Shown in pieces: positions 9,289 through 19,018 of a stretch of DNA of 23,729 nucleotides. Origin of the DNA: a bacterium (GTDB lineage: Bacteria; DUMJ01); contig JBMFMV010000024.1 in NCBI GenBank assembly GCA_049970495.1, forward strand, positions 1 to 23,729, read 5' to 3'. Within the stretch, counting starts at the first letter, position 1. Each line of letters opens with the position of its first letter. The notes beneath the pieces are model-generated. The model did not search any database and was not told where the DNA came from. It worked only from the letters and a program-made list of their open reading frames with translations. A program made the position numbers and the translations under genes.

Positions 9289-9926
9289 GAAAAATCTTCT
9301 ATAGCCACTGCCCTTACCGGAGATCCATCACCATTTACTATCTTAAGAGGTAAAGCTATAAAGAAGACTCTATCCTTTTTTAGCTCATCTAAATGAGCAA
9401 GAGCCTCCACTACTATTATTCCTCCAGAGAGTAAGGTCTGATGGAGCCTTTTATTATCCGCTGGATTAATAGTAGGAGTTTCAAGTCCTAGTAGAGAAAC
9501 CTTCTTCTCTACTAGCCAGACAGCTAGCTCATAGCTGATACGTGGTTGTTCTCTGAAATATCTTCTATCGGGTAGCACTTTATACCAATCTGTTCTTAAT
9601 AATAATTTACTTCCAGGAGATATCTTATCTTCGTAAGGGATTAAATCTTCAGGTTTAATATCTTCTTCTGCCTTTTTATAACTTAAGTCTATCACATAAG
9701 CTTCGCCCATAAACCTCTCTACAGGGACTTTGTCTACGCTATCTCCACCTGAGATAAAATGCAAAGGGACATCTAGATGAGTTCCGGTATGTGTACCTAA
9801 AAGGATTTGGGTAAGGTTATATCCGTTAGTATCTATACTACTATATTTCATGAAGAATACCTTTGGATCACCTGGATAAACAGGCATTTCACTATAAACT
9901 GGTAATGAAAGATCTACTATCCTCAT
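9285..9926 (-). CDS. Cyclase family metal-dependent hydrolase (KynB-like)
   Basis: DLS.P.....PVYPGDP, HTGTHLDVPLHF, H..LL..G...VE.L, DGSPVRAVA. Confidence 0.9.
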   Translation of the reverse strand: MRIVDLSLPVYSEMPVYPGDPKVFFMKYSSIDTNGYNLTQILLGTHTGTHLDVPLHFISGGDSVDKVPVERFMGEAYVIDLSYKKAEEDIKPEDLIPYEDKISPGSKLLLRTDWYKVLPDRRYFREQPRISYELAVWLVEKKVSLLGLETPTINPADNKRLHQTLLSGGIIVVEALAHLDELKKDRVFFIALPLKIVNGDGSPVRAVAIEDFS

Positions 9927-9937
9927 AATTCTACCTC

Positions 9938-10711
9938 CTATCTTCTAGATAGACTAAATATGATAAGAAATATTCCCAATATCAGTCTATAGTAGACAAA
10001 TATATTTATGTTGTGCCTCTTTAGATAATTTAGCATAAAGTGAACAGCTATGTAACCAAAGACGAAACTAGAAAGTATCCCTAAAGCCATACCAGAAGGA
10101 GAAAGCGAAACAGATGGCTCCTTAACAATCTTTAAAAGGGAGACCAATCCTGCCCCTCCTATAATTGGGATGGATAAAAGGAAAGAAAATCTTGCTGAGT
10201 CGCTTCTTTTAAATCCACAGAGGAAAGCTCCAGTAAGAGTAGCTCCAGACCTTGATACTCCAGGTATTATTGCCAACACTTGACTAAGCCCTACTATTAT
10301 AGCATCTTTTAGATGCATATCATCTAAAGTTCTATTACGTCTACTTATCTTGTCCACACCAAAAAAGATTATGCCAAAGACACTTATAAATAGGCCGATA
10401 GCAAGCATAGACCTAAAATAAGATTCTACTATTCCTTCTAGAATAAGACCAAAGATAGCTCCTGGAATAGTTGCTACAATAATTAATAGAAGAAGATATC
10501 TATTTTTTACAATAACCTCATATAAATCCTTCTTCATATAGATAATGAGTGCTAAAAAAGTACCAAGATGGATAGCTATATCAAAACTTAAGCCTAAATC
10601 TTTCCAATTTAGAAGCTCTCTTATTATAATAAGATGAGCAGTACTACTAACAGGGATAAACTCTGTTAAACCTTGAATTATTCCTAGAGTAATAAATTTT
10701 AATGTCTCCAA
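9938..10711 (-). CDS. uppP: Undecaprenyl-diphosphate phosphatase (BacA/UppP)
   Basis: GIIQGLTEFIPVSSTAH and PGVSRSGAT motifs, ARFSFLLSIP; TTG start after AGGAGG. Confidence 0.95.
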   Translation of the reverse strand: METLKFITLGIIQGLTEFIPVSSTAHLIIIRELLNWKDLGLSFDIAIHLGTFLALIIYMKKDLYEVIVKNRYLLLLIIVATIPGAIFGLILEGIVESYFRSMLAIGLFISVFGIIFFGVDKISRRNRTLDDMHLKDAIIVGLSQVLAIIPGVSRSGATLTGAFLCGFKRSDSARFSFLLSIPIIGGAGLVSLLKIVKEPSVSLSPSGMALGILSSFVFGYIAVHFMLNYLKRHNINIFVYYRLILGIFLIIFSLSRR

Positions 10712-11631
10712 ATTAGCCCTCCTAAGTATCCTTCTGCACTATTTGCAGCTATAGCTCCATCACCTACCGCAGTTGCTAATTGTCTAAAGGTATTACTCCT
10801 TACATCCCCTGCAGCAAATAGTCCTGGAACATTTGTTCTCATAAAGCTATCGGTAATAATATAGCCATTCTCATCTAAATTTACGAGGTTTTTAACTATA
10901 GAGGAGTTAGGATTGCTACCTATATAAATAAATACCCCATCTATATAGAGTTCAGAAATTTCCTCTGTCTTTACGTTTTTAAGTCTTAATAATTCTACTT
11001 TTTTGTCCCCCTCTATACTTTGTACTACTGTATCCCAGATGAAAAATATCTTTGAATTAGAAAAAGCTCTATCCTGTAAGATTTTTTCCGCCCTTAGCTG
11101 ATTTCTCCTGTGTATTATGTATACTTTACTAGCAAAACGGGTTAGATATATAGCCTCAATTATAGCTGAATCTCCTCCACCAACTACAGCTACCACTTTA
11201 TCTTTATAAAATGCTCCGTCGCATACAGCACAGTAAGATACCCCCTTTCCTGTAAAGACATCTTCCCCTGGAACCCCTAGCTTTCTAGGAGAAGTACCTG
11301 TAGCTACTATAACAGCCTTGCCTTCAAAGGAATCACTTTCAGTCTTTACTATAAAACTATTTTCCTCCTTAGAAACCTCAATTACGGGCTGACTAGATAT
11401 AATCTTAGCCCCAAACTTTCTAGCCTGCGATTCTAGCCTCTCAGCAAACTCTGGACCACTTATACCATCTGGAAAACCAGGATAATTCTCTATAAAAGTT
11501 GTAAGGATTGGCTGACCTCCTGGAAGCATCTTCTCTATCACTATTGTGTCTATAAGAGCCCTGGCAGAGTATATAGCGGAGGTTAAACCGGCTGGACCTC
11601 CTCCTATGATAATAATATCTGCCCTATTCAT
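10699..11631 (-). CDS. trxB: Thioredoxin-disulfide reductase
   Basis: GGGPAGLTSAIY, GVSYCAVCDG, GGGDSA, HRR, GLFAAGDV. Confidence 0.95.
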   Translation of the reverse strand: MNRADIIIIGGGPAGLTSAIYSARALIDTIVIEKMLPGGQPILTTFIENYPGFPDGISGPEFAERLESQARKFGAKIISSQPVIEVSKEENSFIVKTESDSFEGKAVIVATGTSPRKLGVPGEDVFTGKGVSYCAVCDGAFYKDKVVAVVGGGDSAIIEAIYLTRFASKVYIIHRRNQLRAEKILQDRAFSNSKIFFIWDTVVQSIEGDKKVELLRLKNVKTEEISELYIDGVFIYIGSNPNSSIVKNLVNLDENGYIITDSFMRTNVPGLFAAGDVRSNTFRQLATAVGDGAIAANSAEGYLGGLIWRH

Positions 11632-11975
11632 CCTATAGCCTCCTCTATCCTATCTTTAAGTACTCTTTTAGAGACATAACCAACAATTTCTCCCACAACT
11701 TTCCCTTCTTTAAAGATTAAGAGAGTAGGAATAGCTTGTATACCATACCTCATAGCCAAATCTGGATTTTCATCAACATTTACTTTAACCACTTTAATCC
11801 TTCCAGAAAACTCTTGACTAATCTCCTCTACTATAGGACTTAACATCTTACAAGGCATACACCACTCTGCCCAAAAATCTGCCAATACTGGAATATTAGA
11901 ATTTATTACCTCCGAATCAAAATCTAACCTACTTACCGCTTTTACTTTGCTGTTGTAAGAGTTTCCTAAATTCAT
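11628..11975 (-). CDS. trxA: Thioredoxin
   Basis: DFWAEWCMPCKM active site, KVNVDEN, cis-Pro IPTL; GGAGGT upstream; 4-nt overlap with trxB. Confidence 0.92.
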   Translation of the reverse strand: MNLGNSYNSKVKAVSRLDFDSEVINSNIPVLADFWAEWCMPCKMLSPIVEEISQEFSGRIKVVKVNVDENPDLAMRYGIQAIPTLLIFKEGKVVGEIVGYVSKRVLKDRIEEAIG

Positions 11976-12363
11976 TTTCCATAACCTCCATTTCTCTATA
12001 TCCTATTATTATATTTGAAATCTTTCCTTTACTGCTAATAAAAACAAAAGTAGGAATACTTACTACTTTATACTTTATTACAAGGGATCTGTTTTTGGAT
12101 AAATCTACATTTACCCGTATAATTTCTATCTTATTCTTATACTTCTTCTCTAACTTCTCCATTATAGGCACCATGGCATTACAGGGAGGACACCAGTCTG
12201 CATAAAAATCTATAACAAATGGTTTCTTATTCTTTAAAGATTCTTCAATCCTTTCAATAGGTGATTTTTCTTTACCTAAGGAGAAGCTATGCAGCAGTGT
12301 AACTTCAAAAGAGAATAGAATCAATAATAAGACACATATGACTACTATCTTTTCTCTAATCAT
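11929..12363 (-). CDS. Thioredoxin-family protein with N-terminal signal/membrane anchor
   Basis: DFYADWCPPC and IPTF motifs; basic-then-hydrophobic N-terminus (MIREKIVVICVLLLILFSF). Confidence 0.85.
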   Translation of the reverse strand: MIREKIVVICVLLLILFSFEVTLLHSFSLGKEKSPIERIEESLKNKKPFVIDFYADWCPPCNAMVPIMEKLEKKYKNKIEIIRVNVDLSKNRSLVIKYKVVSIPTFVFISSKGKISNIIIGYREMEVMENEFRKLLQQQSKSGK

Positions 12364-12378
12364 CTTAATAATTACCTC

Positions 12379-12615
12379 CTAGTATTTTATAAGCATTTCT
12401 AAGATCTCAGCTAGATCTTCTAGACTGAGATCCTTTCTCTTACATTGCTCTATATAATTCTTGACTATCAGTGAAGTCAAACTATCAAGTGCAGACCTGA
12501 CTGCAAAGAGTTGAATCAGCACATCCTTGCATGGCCTATCATATCTTATCATTTCATATATCCCTCTTAATTGTCCTTCAATTCTAGCCAAACGGTTATA
12601 AACTTCCCTTTCCAT
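12379..12615 (-). CDS. CsoR/RcnR/CstR-family transcriptional repressor
   Basis: NRLARIEGQLRGI..MI..DRPC.DVL.Q..AVRSAL signature; probable start ATG 12615 (78 aa) after AGGGGGT. Confidence 0.9.
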   Translation of the reverse strand: MEREVYNRLARIEGQLRGIYEMIRYDRPCKDVLIQLFAVRSALDSLTSLIVKNYIEQCKRKDLSLEDLAEILEMLIKY

Positions 12616-12617
12616 AA

Positions 12618-12634
12618 ATACCCCCTGGAGGTAT
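12618..12634. promoter_or_regulatory. CsoR-family operator candidate
   Basis: ATACCCCC-T-GGAGGTAT imperfect palindrome (one mismatch) with C/G tract, the architecture known for CsoR-family operators; sits between the -10 and the start codon. Confidence 0.7.
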
Positions 12635-12663
12635 ATTATAACACACAAGTGAAAAAAATGAAA
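12635..12663 (-). promoter_or_regulatory. Sigma70-type promoter for the repressor-thioredoxin genes
   Basis: Minus strand TTTCAT-N17-TATAAT with TG extension (TGTTATAAT). Confidence 0.65.
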
Positions 12664-12672
12664 GTCTTAAAT

Positions 12673-13680
12673 TTACCCCCCAATTATATATTGTTCCACC
12701 CCACATTTAGGACATCTATTATCATTTACTAAGTATCTCTCAATAGAAAAACCAAACCTTTGTATAAGTAAGCTGTTGCAGTTATAACAATAGGTATTTT
12801 CGTATTTGTGACCAGGTATATTACCTATATATACATATCTTAGTCCAGATTTTCTACCTATATCATAAGCCTTCTCCAGAGTAGATAATGGAGTTGCATA
12901 GAGGCCTCTAAGCTCATAATGTGGTATAAATCTAGTCACATGCCAAGGAGTCTCTGGTCCAAGATTATCCCTAATCCAGGTAGCAATACCTTCTAATTGC
13001 CCTTCTTCATCATTTATAGTGGGCGTAATATTTGTTACTATCTCTACATGTATATTCCATTTCTTCTTAGCCCTAACAGCTACATTGAGAATAGGTTGAA
13101 AATCCCTTACATTTGCTATCCTATTGTAAGCCTCAGGTTTGAATGCTTTTATATCTACTCGATAAGCCGATAGATAAGGGGCTATAGTATCAAGTGGCTC
13201 CTGGTTTATATACCCGTTCGTTACGTAAACAGTATAAAGTCCCTTCTCTCTGGCAAGGATAGCCGTATCATACGTATACTCAAACCATACTGTGGGTTCA
13301 TTATAAGTCCAGGCTATACCTCTTGAGTGTTCTCTGATAGCTAACTCAACACATTCTTTTGGTAAAAGGTTAGGAGAGCCAGAAGGGTCTACATGAGCGA
13401 TTTCCCAATTTTGACATCCAGGACATCTCATATTACATCCAAATGTCCCTAATGAAAGTACTAGTGAGCCCGGATAAAAATGAAATAGAGGCTTTTTTTC
13501 TATCGGATCATTTGCTATAGAACTTACTAGCCCATATGTTAAAGTATAAAGTGTCCCATCCTTGTTTACTCTAGCTCCACAATATCCTTTTTGGTCAGGT
13601 TTTATAACACAGTACCTTGGACATAGTGTGCATCGGACTATACCATTCTGTAGTCTCTCGTAAAACATTGCCTCTTTCAT
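12673..13680 (-). CDS. amrS: AmmeMemoRadiSam system radical SAM enzyme
   Basis: CTLCPRYC N-terminus, DPIEKKPLFHFYPG, GCNMRCPGCQNWEI (CxxxCxxC), TYNEPT, PWHVTRF, YVYIGN, C-terminal CxxC...CxxC. Confidence 0.9.
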   Translation of the reverse strand: MKEAMFYERLQNGIVRCTLCPRYCVIKPDQKGYCGARVNKDGTLYTLTYGLVSSIANDPIEKKPLFHFYPGSLVLSLGTFGCNMRCPGCQNWEIAHVDPSGSPNLLPKECVELAIREHSRGIAWTYNEPTVWFEYTYDTAILAREKGLYTVYVTNGYINQEPLDTIAPYLSAYRVDIKAFKPEAYNRIANVRDFQPILNVAVRAKKKWNIHVEIVTNITPTINDEEGQLEGIATWIRDNLGPETPWHVTRFIPHYELRGLYATPLSTLEKAYDIGRKSGLRYVYIGNIPGHKYENTYCYNCNSLLIQRFGFSIERYLVNDNRCPKCGVEQYIIGG

Positions 13681-14388
13681 TTAAACTACCATCTCCTTAA
13701 ACTTCAGCGCATTTTTATACATCTCAGTATTGTTAAAGAGCACATAAACATTATAGTCTTTTATGGGATTTAAGTAAAATAAAAGCTGCTCTAAATCACT
13801 ATCTGTATAATCGTATCTATACATTATTTTACCAGGAGGCGCTCCATGTAATCTAAAATAGAATGTATCTAGTATGGGGCTAGGTCTAAAATTGATTTCT
13901 AAGACTGTAAATGGATCTAGAACTGGAATAGTATTTGTAGCCTTAGCAAATTCATCTCTTTCATAGACATCAAGATTTCTAGCTTCTACAGCAAATTTTA
14001 TATCCGTATCTCTAAATGTTTTCAATACTCTTACTAAATCATCCATATTCTTCTTGGGGAATTTAGATGGGAGTTGAAAGAGTAATATAGGAGCATCTAA
14101 TTCTCTTGAAAAGTCGATATAAAAGGATACAAGGTCAAAGCTCTTCTCACTCGAAAACCTATCTAAATGAGTAATAATTCTTGATGCCTTAACAGTAAAC
14201 AAAAAATTAGGATGAACCTCATTTCTCCATCGCTTTGCAGTAGAAAGTCTAGGAATATTATAAAAGGTAGAGTTTATTTCTACTAGATCAAATAAAGAGG
14301 AGTAATAAGAGAGTACCGACTTGTAGTCTTTCTTTAAATCCTTTGGTATCCTCAAATAACCCCACCCACAACATCCAATCCTTATCAT
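13681..14388 (-). CDS. DUF72 family protein
   Basis: [21 protein letters not shown]...ITH, LFQLP, YFRLHG, FNN. Confidence 0.9.
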   Translation of the reverse strand: MIRIGCCGWGYLRIPKDLKKDYKSVLSYYSSLFDLVEINSTFYNIPRLSTAKRWRNEVHPNFLFTVKASRIITHLDRFSSEKSFDLVSFYIDFSRELDAPILLFQLPSKFPKKNMDDLVRVLKTFRDTDIKFAVEARNLDVYERDEFAKATNTIPVLDPFTVLEINFRPSPILDTFYFRLHGAPPGKIMYRYDYTDSDLEQLLFYLNPIKDYNVYVLFNNTEMYKNALKFKEMVV

Positions 14389-15545
14389 TTCAATTCATTC
14401 AGAAAACTTCTACCAGGAAATTTCTTTTCTTTAACATTAAAGAACTCTAATATAGATGCCCCTACGTCGGCAAAGGTCTCTCTTACCCCTAAAAACTTGG
14501 GAAGATTATTAAGGCCCCTAACCAGAAGTGGAGTATATTCTCTTGAATGGTCAGTACTAGGAGTTGTAGGGTCATTACCATGGTCAGCACAGACTATGAG
14601 TAGGTCATCTTCCTTTAGATTCTCTATCACATCTTTTAACATAACATCAAAACGTTCTAGAGCTTCTGCAAGTCCTTTAGGATTATTCCTGTGGGCATAA
14701 ATAGTATCAAAATCAGAAAGATTAGCAAAGGCTAATAGATCTTCATTTCTACCCTTTTCTATCTCTATGATGGCTGACATAGTTTCTTCATTACTGTGGG
14801 TATGATTGGATTCAACTAACCCTTGATTACTGAAGATATCCTCTATCTTTCCCAAACCTATAGTAATTATTCCTTCTCTACAGAGAACATCTAAAACCGT
14901 CTCACTTGGAGGTGGGAGAGAAAAATCCCTTCTGCGCTCTGTTCTATAGAAACTCCCAGGCTTACCAAGGAATGGCCTAGCTATAACTCTAGCTACCCTA
15001 TGTTTTCCTGTTAATATTCTCCTAGCTATCTGACAGTATCTATAAAGTTCCTCTACAGGTATAACCTCTTCATGCGCAGCGATCTGAAATACACTGTCTG
15101 CAGAGGTGTAGACTATAGGATAACTCGTCTTCATATGTAATTCTCCAAGCTCTTTAATAATTTCTGTCCCTGATGCAGGCTTATTACCCAAGACCTTTTT
15201 CCCTATCTCGCTTTCAAACCTAGAAATAACTTCTGGTGGAAACCCGTTTGGATACGTTGGGAAGTCCTCAGTAGTTATAATTCCCATCATCTCCCAATGT
15301 CCTATAAGAGTATCTTTCCCAACAGACTTCTCCATCATCTTGCCATAAGCACCAATAATATATGGACTTTTAGGGAGCCCTTCAACCAGCTCTCCTAATC
15401 CTAGACTTAAAAGATTAGGTATATTAAGCTCACCAAGAACTTTTACTGTATTACCTAGGGTATTGCTTCCTTGATCCCCATACTTGTAGGCATCAGGAAG
15501 CTCTCCTATCCCAATTCCATCTATAACTATAAGAAATACTCTCAT
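14385..15545 (-). CDS. deoB: Phosphopentomutase
   Basis: [67 protein letters not shown]; probable start ATG 15545. Confidence 0.95.
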   Translation of the reverse strand: MRVFLIVIDGIGIGELPDAYKYGDQGSNTLGNTVKVLGELNIPNLLSLGLGELVEGLPKSPYIIGAYGKMMEKSVGKDTLIGHWEMMGIITTEDFPTYPNGFPPEVISRFESEIGKKVLGNKPASGTEIIKELGELHMKTSYPIVYTSADSVFQIAAHEEVIPVEELYRYCQIARRILTGKHRVARVIARPFLGKPGSFYRTERRRDFSLPPPSETVLDVLCREGIITIGLGKIEDIFSNQGLVESNHTHSNEETMSAIIEIEKGRNEDLLAFANLSDFDTIYAHRNNPKGLAEALERFDVMLKDVIENLKEDDLLIVCADHGNDPTTPSTDHSREYTPLLVRGLNNLPKFLGVRETFADVGASILEFFNVKEKKFPGRSFLNELK

Positions 15546-15547
15546 TT

Positions 15548-16183
15548 TTATGACTCCGTCCATACTGAATTTAAAGCATATATAACCTCTTCATCAGTAA
15601 CCTGATGAAAATCTTCGTAGAACTGTCCAACCGCATAAAAATACTCTGGAACATATAAGGCAAATACTTCTGCTTCCCCTTCTATTCTCTTAATTGCCTC
15701 ATATGACGCTACAGGGACTGCAACTATTATCTTTTTAGGGTTGTTAACCTTTACTCCTTTTACGACTGATAACGTAGTTAAGCCAGTAGCCAAACCATCA
15801 TCCACTATAATAACTGACTTATCTCTTATGTTTATAGTATCTCTTTCTCCTCTATATATAGATAATCTTCTCTTAATTTCTTCTAGCTCTTCCTTCACTG
15901 TCTTCTCTATATAATCATTTGGAATACCTAATTCCCTTATACTAGCCTCATTAAGGATTACACTCCCTAGTGAGTTTATAGCTCCTATTGCATATTCCCT
16001 ATCAAATGGAGCTCCAATTTTTCTTGCTATTGCTATATCTAAAGGAGCTTTAAGTATCTTAGCAACTTCCACAGCTACTATAACCCCACCCCTAGGAATT
16101 CCCAAAACTATAGGGTCTTCAATATTAAAATCTCTAAGAGCCAGACCCAACTTTATACCTGCATTAATCCTATCTTTAAACAT
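15548..16183 (-). CDS. Type I phosphoribosyltransferase family protein of unknown substrate
   Basis: [35 protein letters not shown]-binding loop, [13 protein letters not shown]. Confidence 0.88.
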   Translation of the reverse strand: MFKDRINAGIKLGLALRDFNIEDPIVLGIPRGGVIVAVEVAKILKAPLDIAIARKIGAPFDREYAIGAINSLGSVILNEASIRELGIPNDYIEKTVKEELEEIKRRLSIYRGERDTINIRDKSVIIVDDGLATGLTTLSVVKGVKVNNPKKIIVAVPVASYEAIKRIEGEAEVFALYVPEYFYAVGQFYEDFHQVTDEEVIYALNSVWTES

Positions 16184-16185
16184 AT

Positions 16186-17265
16186 CTACCCCTTCTTCTC
16201 CTTATAGAGTATAAGAAATATACCAATTATAAAACCAATTATATTAGGAAACCAAACCCCAAATATTGAAGAAAATATTCCATTTCTAGCTAATGCCCTT
16301 CCCAAAGCCAAGAAGATATAATAGATAAAGACTATAATTAGACTCATACTTAGGCCATAATATTTGCCACCCCTAACAGGAAGAATACTTATAGGAGCAC
16401 CAAGGAATGAAAGCACTGAAGCGGCAAAGACTATGGAAAACTTTAGATGATAATCAACCTCAAGATTACGTGTGTCTATACCTGATTTCTTAAAAGAATC
16501 TATCCTTTCCTTTAATTCTCTAGCACTCATCTCCTCAGTAGTCTTCTGACCTTTGTAGAATGTACCAACATCTACATCCAAGTTTAGAGAGAGCCTCTTA
16601 AACTTACTCTGGAGATTTATAATTCCCTCATTATCATAATAATGAATAGCTCCATCTTCTAAAATCCATTCCTTATCTTCTACTCTAACCCTTTTAGCAG
16701 ATATTACCTGAGGTTCAGAATTACCTGGGATAGAATAGAGCAATATATCATTACCCATCCTTGTGCTTGGATCATATCTAGATAGATATACATACTTGTT
16801 ATTTGGAGCCTTAAAAAAGACATTACTCTGTATAAGTGGTAGAGGGTCTTTAAATATCGCTTCTCTTATAAGTGTTTCACCCTGATGGACCGACCAAGGG
16901 GCTATAAACTCACTTATGACAAAATTCCCTATACTTACTATTATCCCGAATATTATTATTGGTAAGAATATTCTAGAGAGTCTTATACCTCCTATACGAA
17001 GAGCGGTAATTTCTCCTTCTCTAGCTAATCTATTTAAGCCAAGTAGAGTAGCAAATAAAGCAGAGATAGGAAAACTTATTGTTAACACTCCAGGGAATTC
17101 GTAGAAGAGTATCTTTATTATATTAATCAGAGAAACCCCCCTGTTTATAAATAAATCAACAAGGTTAAAGAGAAGACTAGCTGATAATATAAAAGAAAAG
17201 CCTAATATACCAAATATAAAGGGAGATAAAACTTCTTTAAATAAGTAAATATCTATTATCTTCAT
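16186..17265 (-). CDS. LptF/LptG (YjgP/YjgQ) family permease
   Basis: ID.YL.KE...PF, RL...GEITALR.GG, three TM + beta-rich periplasmic region + three TM, W.PNII. Confidence 0.88.
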   Translation of the reverse strand: MKIIDIYLFKEVLSPFIFGILGFSFILSASLLFNLVDLFINRGVSLINIIKILFYEFPGVLTISFPISALFATLLGLNRLAREGEITALRIGGIRLSRIFLPIIIFGIIVSIGNFVISEFIAPWSVHQGETLIREAIFKDPLPLIQSNVFFKAPNNKYVYLSRYDPSTRMGNDILLYSIPGNSEPQVISAKRVRVEDKEWILEDGAIHYYDNEGIINLQSKFKRLSLNLDVDVGTFYKGQKTTEEMSARELKERIDSFKKSGIDTRNLEVDYHLKFSIVFAASVLSFLGAPISILPVRGGKYYGLSMSLIIVFIYYIFLALGRALARNGIFSSIFGVWFPNIIGFIIGIFLILYKEKKG

Positions 17266-17275
17266 AATACTAACA

Positions 17276-18001
17276 TTATACTATACCTAACTTAACTTTT
17301 AGCACTAGAAGGAAAAATCTTGGTATAAATGATATCCTCTTTATGCGCTTAGGGTCCTTTAAGATTCTATAAAACCATTCCAGCCCCATAGTCTGCATCC
17401 AGTAGGGAGCTCTAGGGATATTGCCACTTATTACATCAAAACTTCCTCCTACACCTATTGCAACCTTTACTGGCAGATCTCTATGTTGGCTCATCCAAAT
17501 TTCCTGTTTAGGCATACCTAAACCTACCACTAGAAAGTCTGGCTTTAAAGATTTTATCTCCTCTACAATTTTCTTCTCTTCCTCAGCATTAAAATACCCA
17601 TTATGAATTCCCAGAATCCTTATTCCTGGGAGTATTTTTTCTAATCTCTTCTTAGCAGATGAGATAACTTCTTCTTTTGCTCCTAAAAGATATACAGAAA
17701 AACCCCTATCTTCACATAGTTTAAGTATCTCTAAAAGAAGATCTATTCCAGCTACCCTCTCTTTTATATCTTCTCCTAAAAATCTAGCAGCCCTTACAAG
17801 CCAGCTTCCATCAGCTACTACTAAATCAGCCTCATTTATAACAGAACTAAATTGTCTGTTCTTTTGAGCAATAACCACACCTTCCGGATTAAGGGTAACA
17901 ATATAATGAAACCTCTCTTCTCCAAAGAAACCTTCTATATATCTGAGAGCTTCCTCTCTATTTACATTATTTATCTTTAAACCAAAGATCATATATATCA
18001 C
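17276..18001 (-). CDS. tagA: WecB/TagA/CpsF family glycosyltransferase
   Basis: VTLNPE, ADG, RVAGIDL, HNGYF, VGLGMPKQE, GVGGSFDV, RAP.W....GLEWFYR; start could be 18001 or 17992. Confidence 0.9.
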   Translation of the reverse strand: MIYMIFGLKINNVNREEALRYIEGFFGEERFHYIVTLNPEGVVIAQKNRQFSSVINEADLVVADGSWLVRAARFLGEDIKERVAGIDLLLEILKLCEDRGFSVYLLGAKEEVISSAKKRLEKILPGIRILGIHNGYFNAEEEKKIVEEIKSLKPDFLVVGLGMPKQEIWMSQHRDLPVKVAIGVGGSFDVISGNIPRAPYWMQTMGLEWFYRILKDPKRIKRISFIPRFFLLVLKVKLGIV

Positions 18002-19013
18002 ATAATGGCTGAAAAGTACCGTCTCTATTTAATGCTGTATTCTTAAAACTTAGTAGACTAGAAACCGTCTTATCCCTATTCTCCCAAGACAAAGAAAGAA
18101 CTTTCTCTATCTTTTCTGTGGGGCTATTAACATCTAGGCTATAAACATTGGGAAAGAGTGAGATAAATGCCGCAACTTTTGGATCATATTTTATGCCCAA
18201 AAATGGGATACCTAAGAGGGCAGAAAGGATAAGTGGATGAAGCCTCATACTAATGACAAACCTAGAGGATAGTATAGTAGGGAGTATGGAGATTGGGTCT
18301 TCCCAAAAAATCAAGTCACAATTAAGTCTTTTTGCAAATCTCTCAGAGATATACCTATCCTCTAACTTATGAGTAACTAAGATAGCCATGTTTATACCAT
18401 ATTTATCCCTAAATCTAATAAGTGCCTTTAAAAATTCCTCTTCTTTAAAGCCTGCAAACTCTCTTACTGCTATGAGGATATCTCTTTTCTTATCTATAGA
18501 AGAGATATTTTTTAGAACTTCTAAGTCTAGGAAGAGGACTAGATCATTACCTAAATAGCGTTTAGGTCTACAGATACCAAAAGTATCTAATAATTTAAAG
18601 GAGTTTACATCCCTGACGCTTATAGAATAGACGAGATTAAGAATTTTTAAAAGTCTTTTACCTAAACTACTTCTGATGGGACCAATACCTTGGGATATCA
18701 TTATTACCTGTTTCCCCATAATAAAAGATAATAAGATTATTCCTAAATAATAGAGTAAACTTCTTAAGCTGGTTACGTCTTGAAGAATACTACCACCTGC
18801 AAAGCATACCCCATCTGCCCTTTTTATACCACTAATAAGCTTTCTTCTTGGAACAACTTCGGCACCATATACTTCTGGTAATATTTTACTATAAAGCACT
18901 AATGGTTTGACATCGGGTAGATTTTTCTTAAGGTAATCTAAAAGGGAGATGAGTAACAACTCATCTCCAAGGTTATCAAAACCAAAATATCCAACTAATA
19001 GGAGCCGTTTCAC
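17967..19013 (-). CDS. csaB: Polysaccharide pyruvyl transferase CsaB
   Basis: GYFGFDNLGDE, GGSILQDVTSLRSLLYY, QGIGP, SVRD, MRLH, YDPKV. Confidence 0.88.
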   Translation of the reverse strand: MKRLLLVGYFGFDNLGDELLLISLLDYLKKNLPDVKPLVLYSKILPEVYGAEVVPRRKLISGIKRADGVCFAGGSILQDVTSLRSLLYYLGIILLSFIMGKQVIMISQGIGPIRSSLGKRLLKILNLVYSISVRDVNSFKLLDTFGICRPKRYLGNDLVLFLDLEVLKNISSIDKKRDILIAVREFAGFKEEEFLKALIRFRDKYGINMAILVTHKLEDRYISERFAKRLNCDLIFWEDPISILPTILSSRFVISMRLHPLILSALLGIPFLGIKYDPKVAAFISLFPNVYSLDVNSPTEKIEKVLSLSWENRDKTVSSLLSFKNTALNRDGTFQPLCDIYDLWFKDK

Positions 19014-19018
19014 TGTAT

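Noticed and set aside
12616..12648. Longer N-termini given by the ORF track (12648; likewise 4036, 5125, 15563)
   Set aside because: Extensions overlap promoter/operator or RBS sequences; downstream starts have better RBS spacing and match family N-termini
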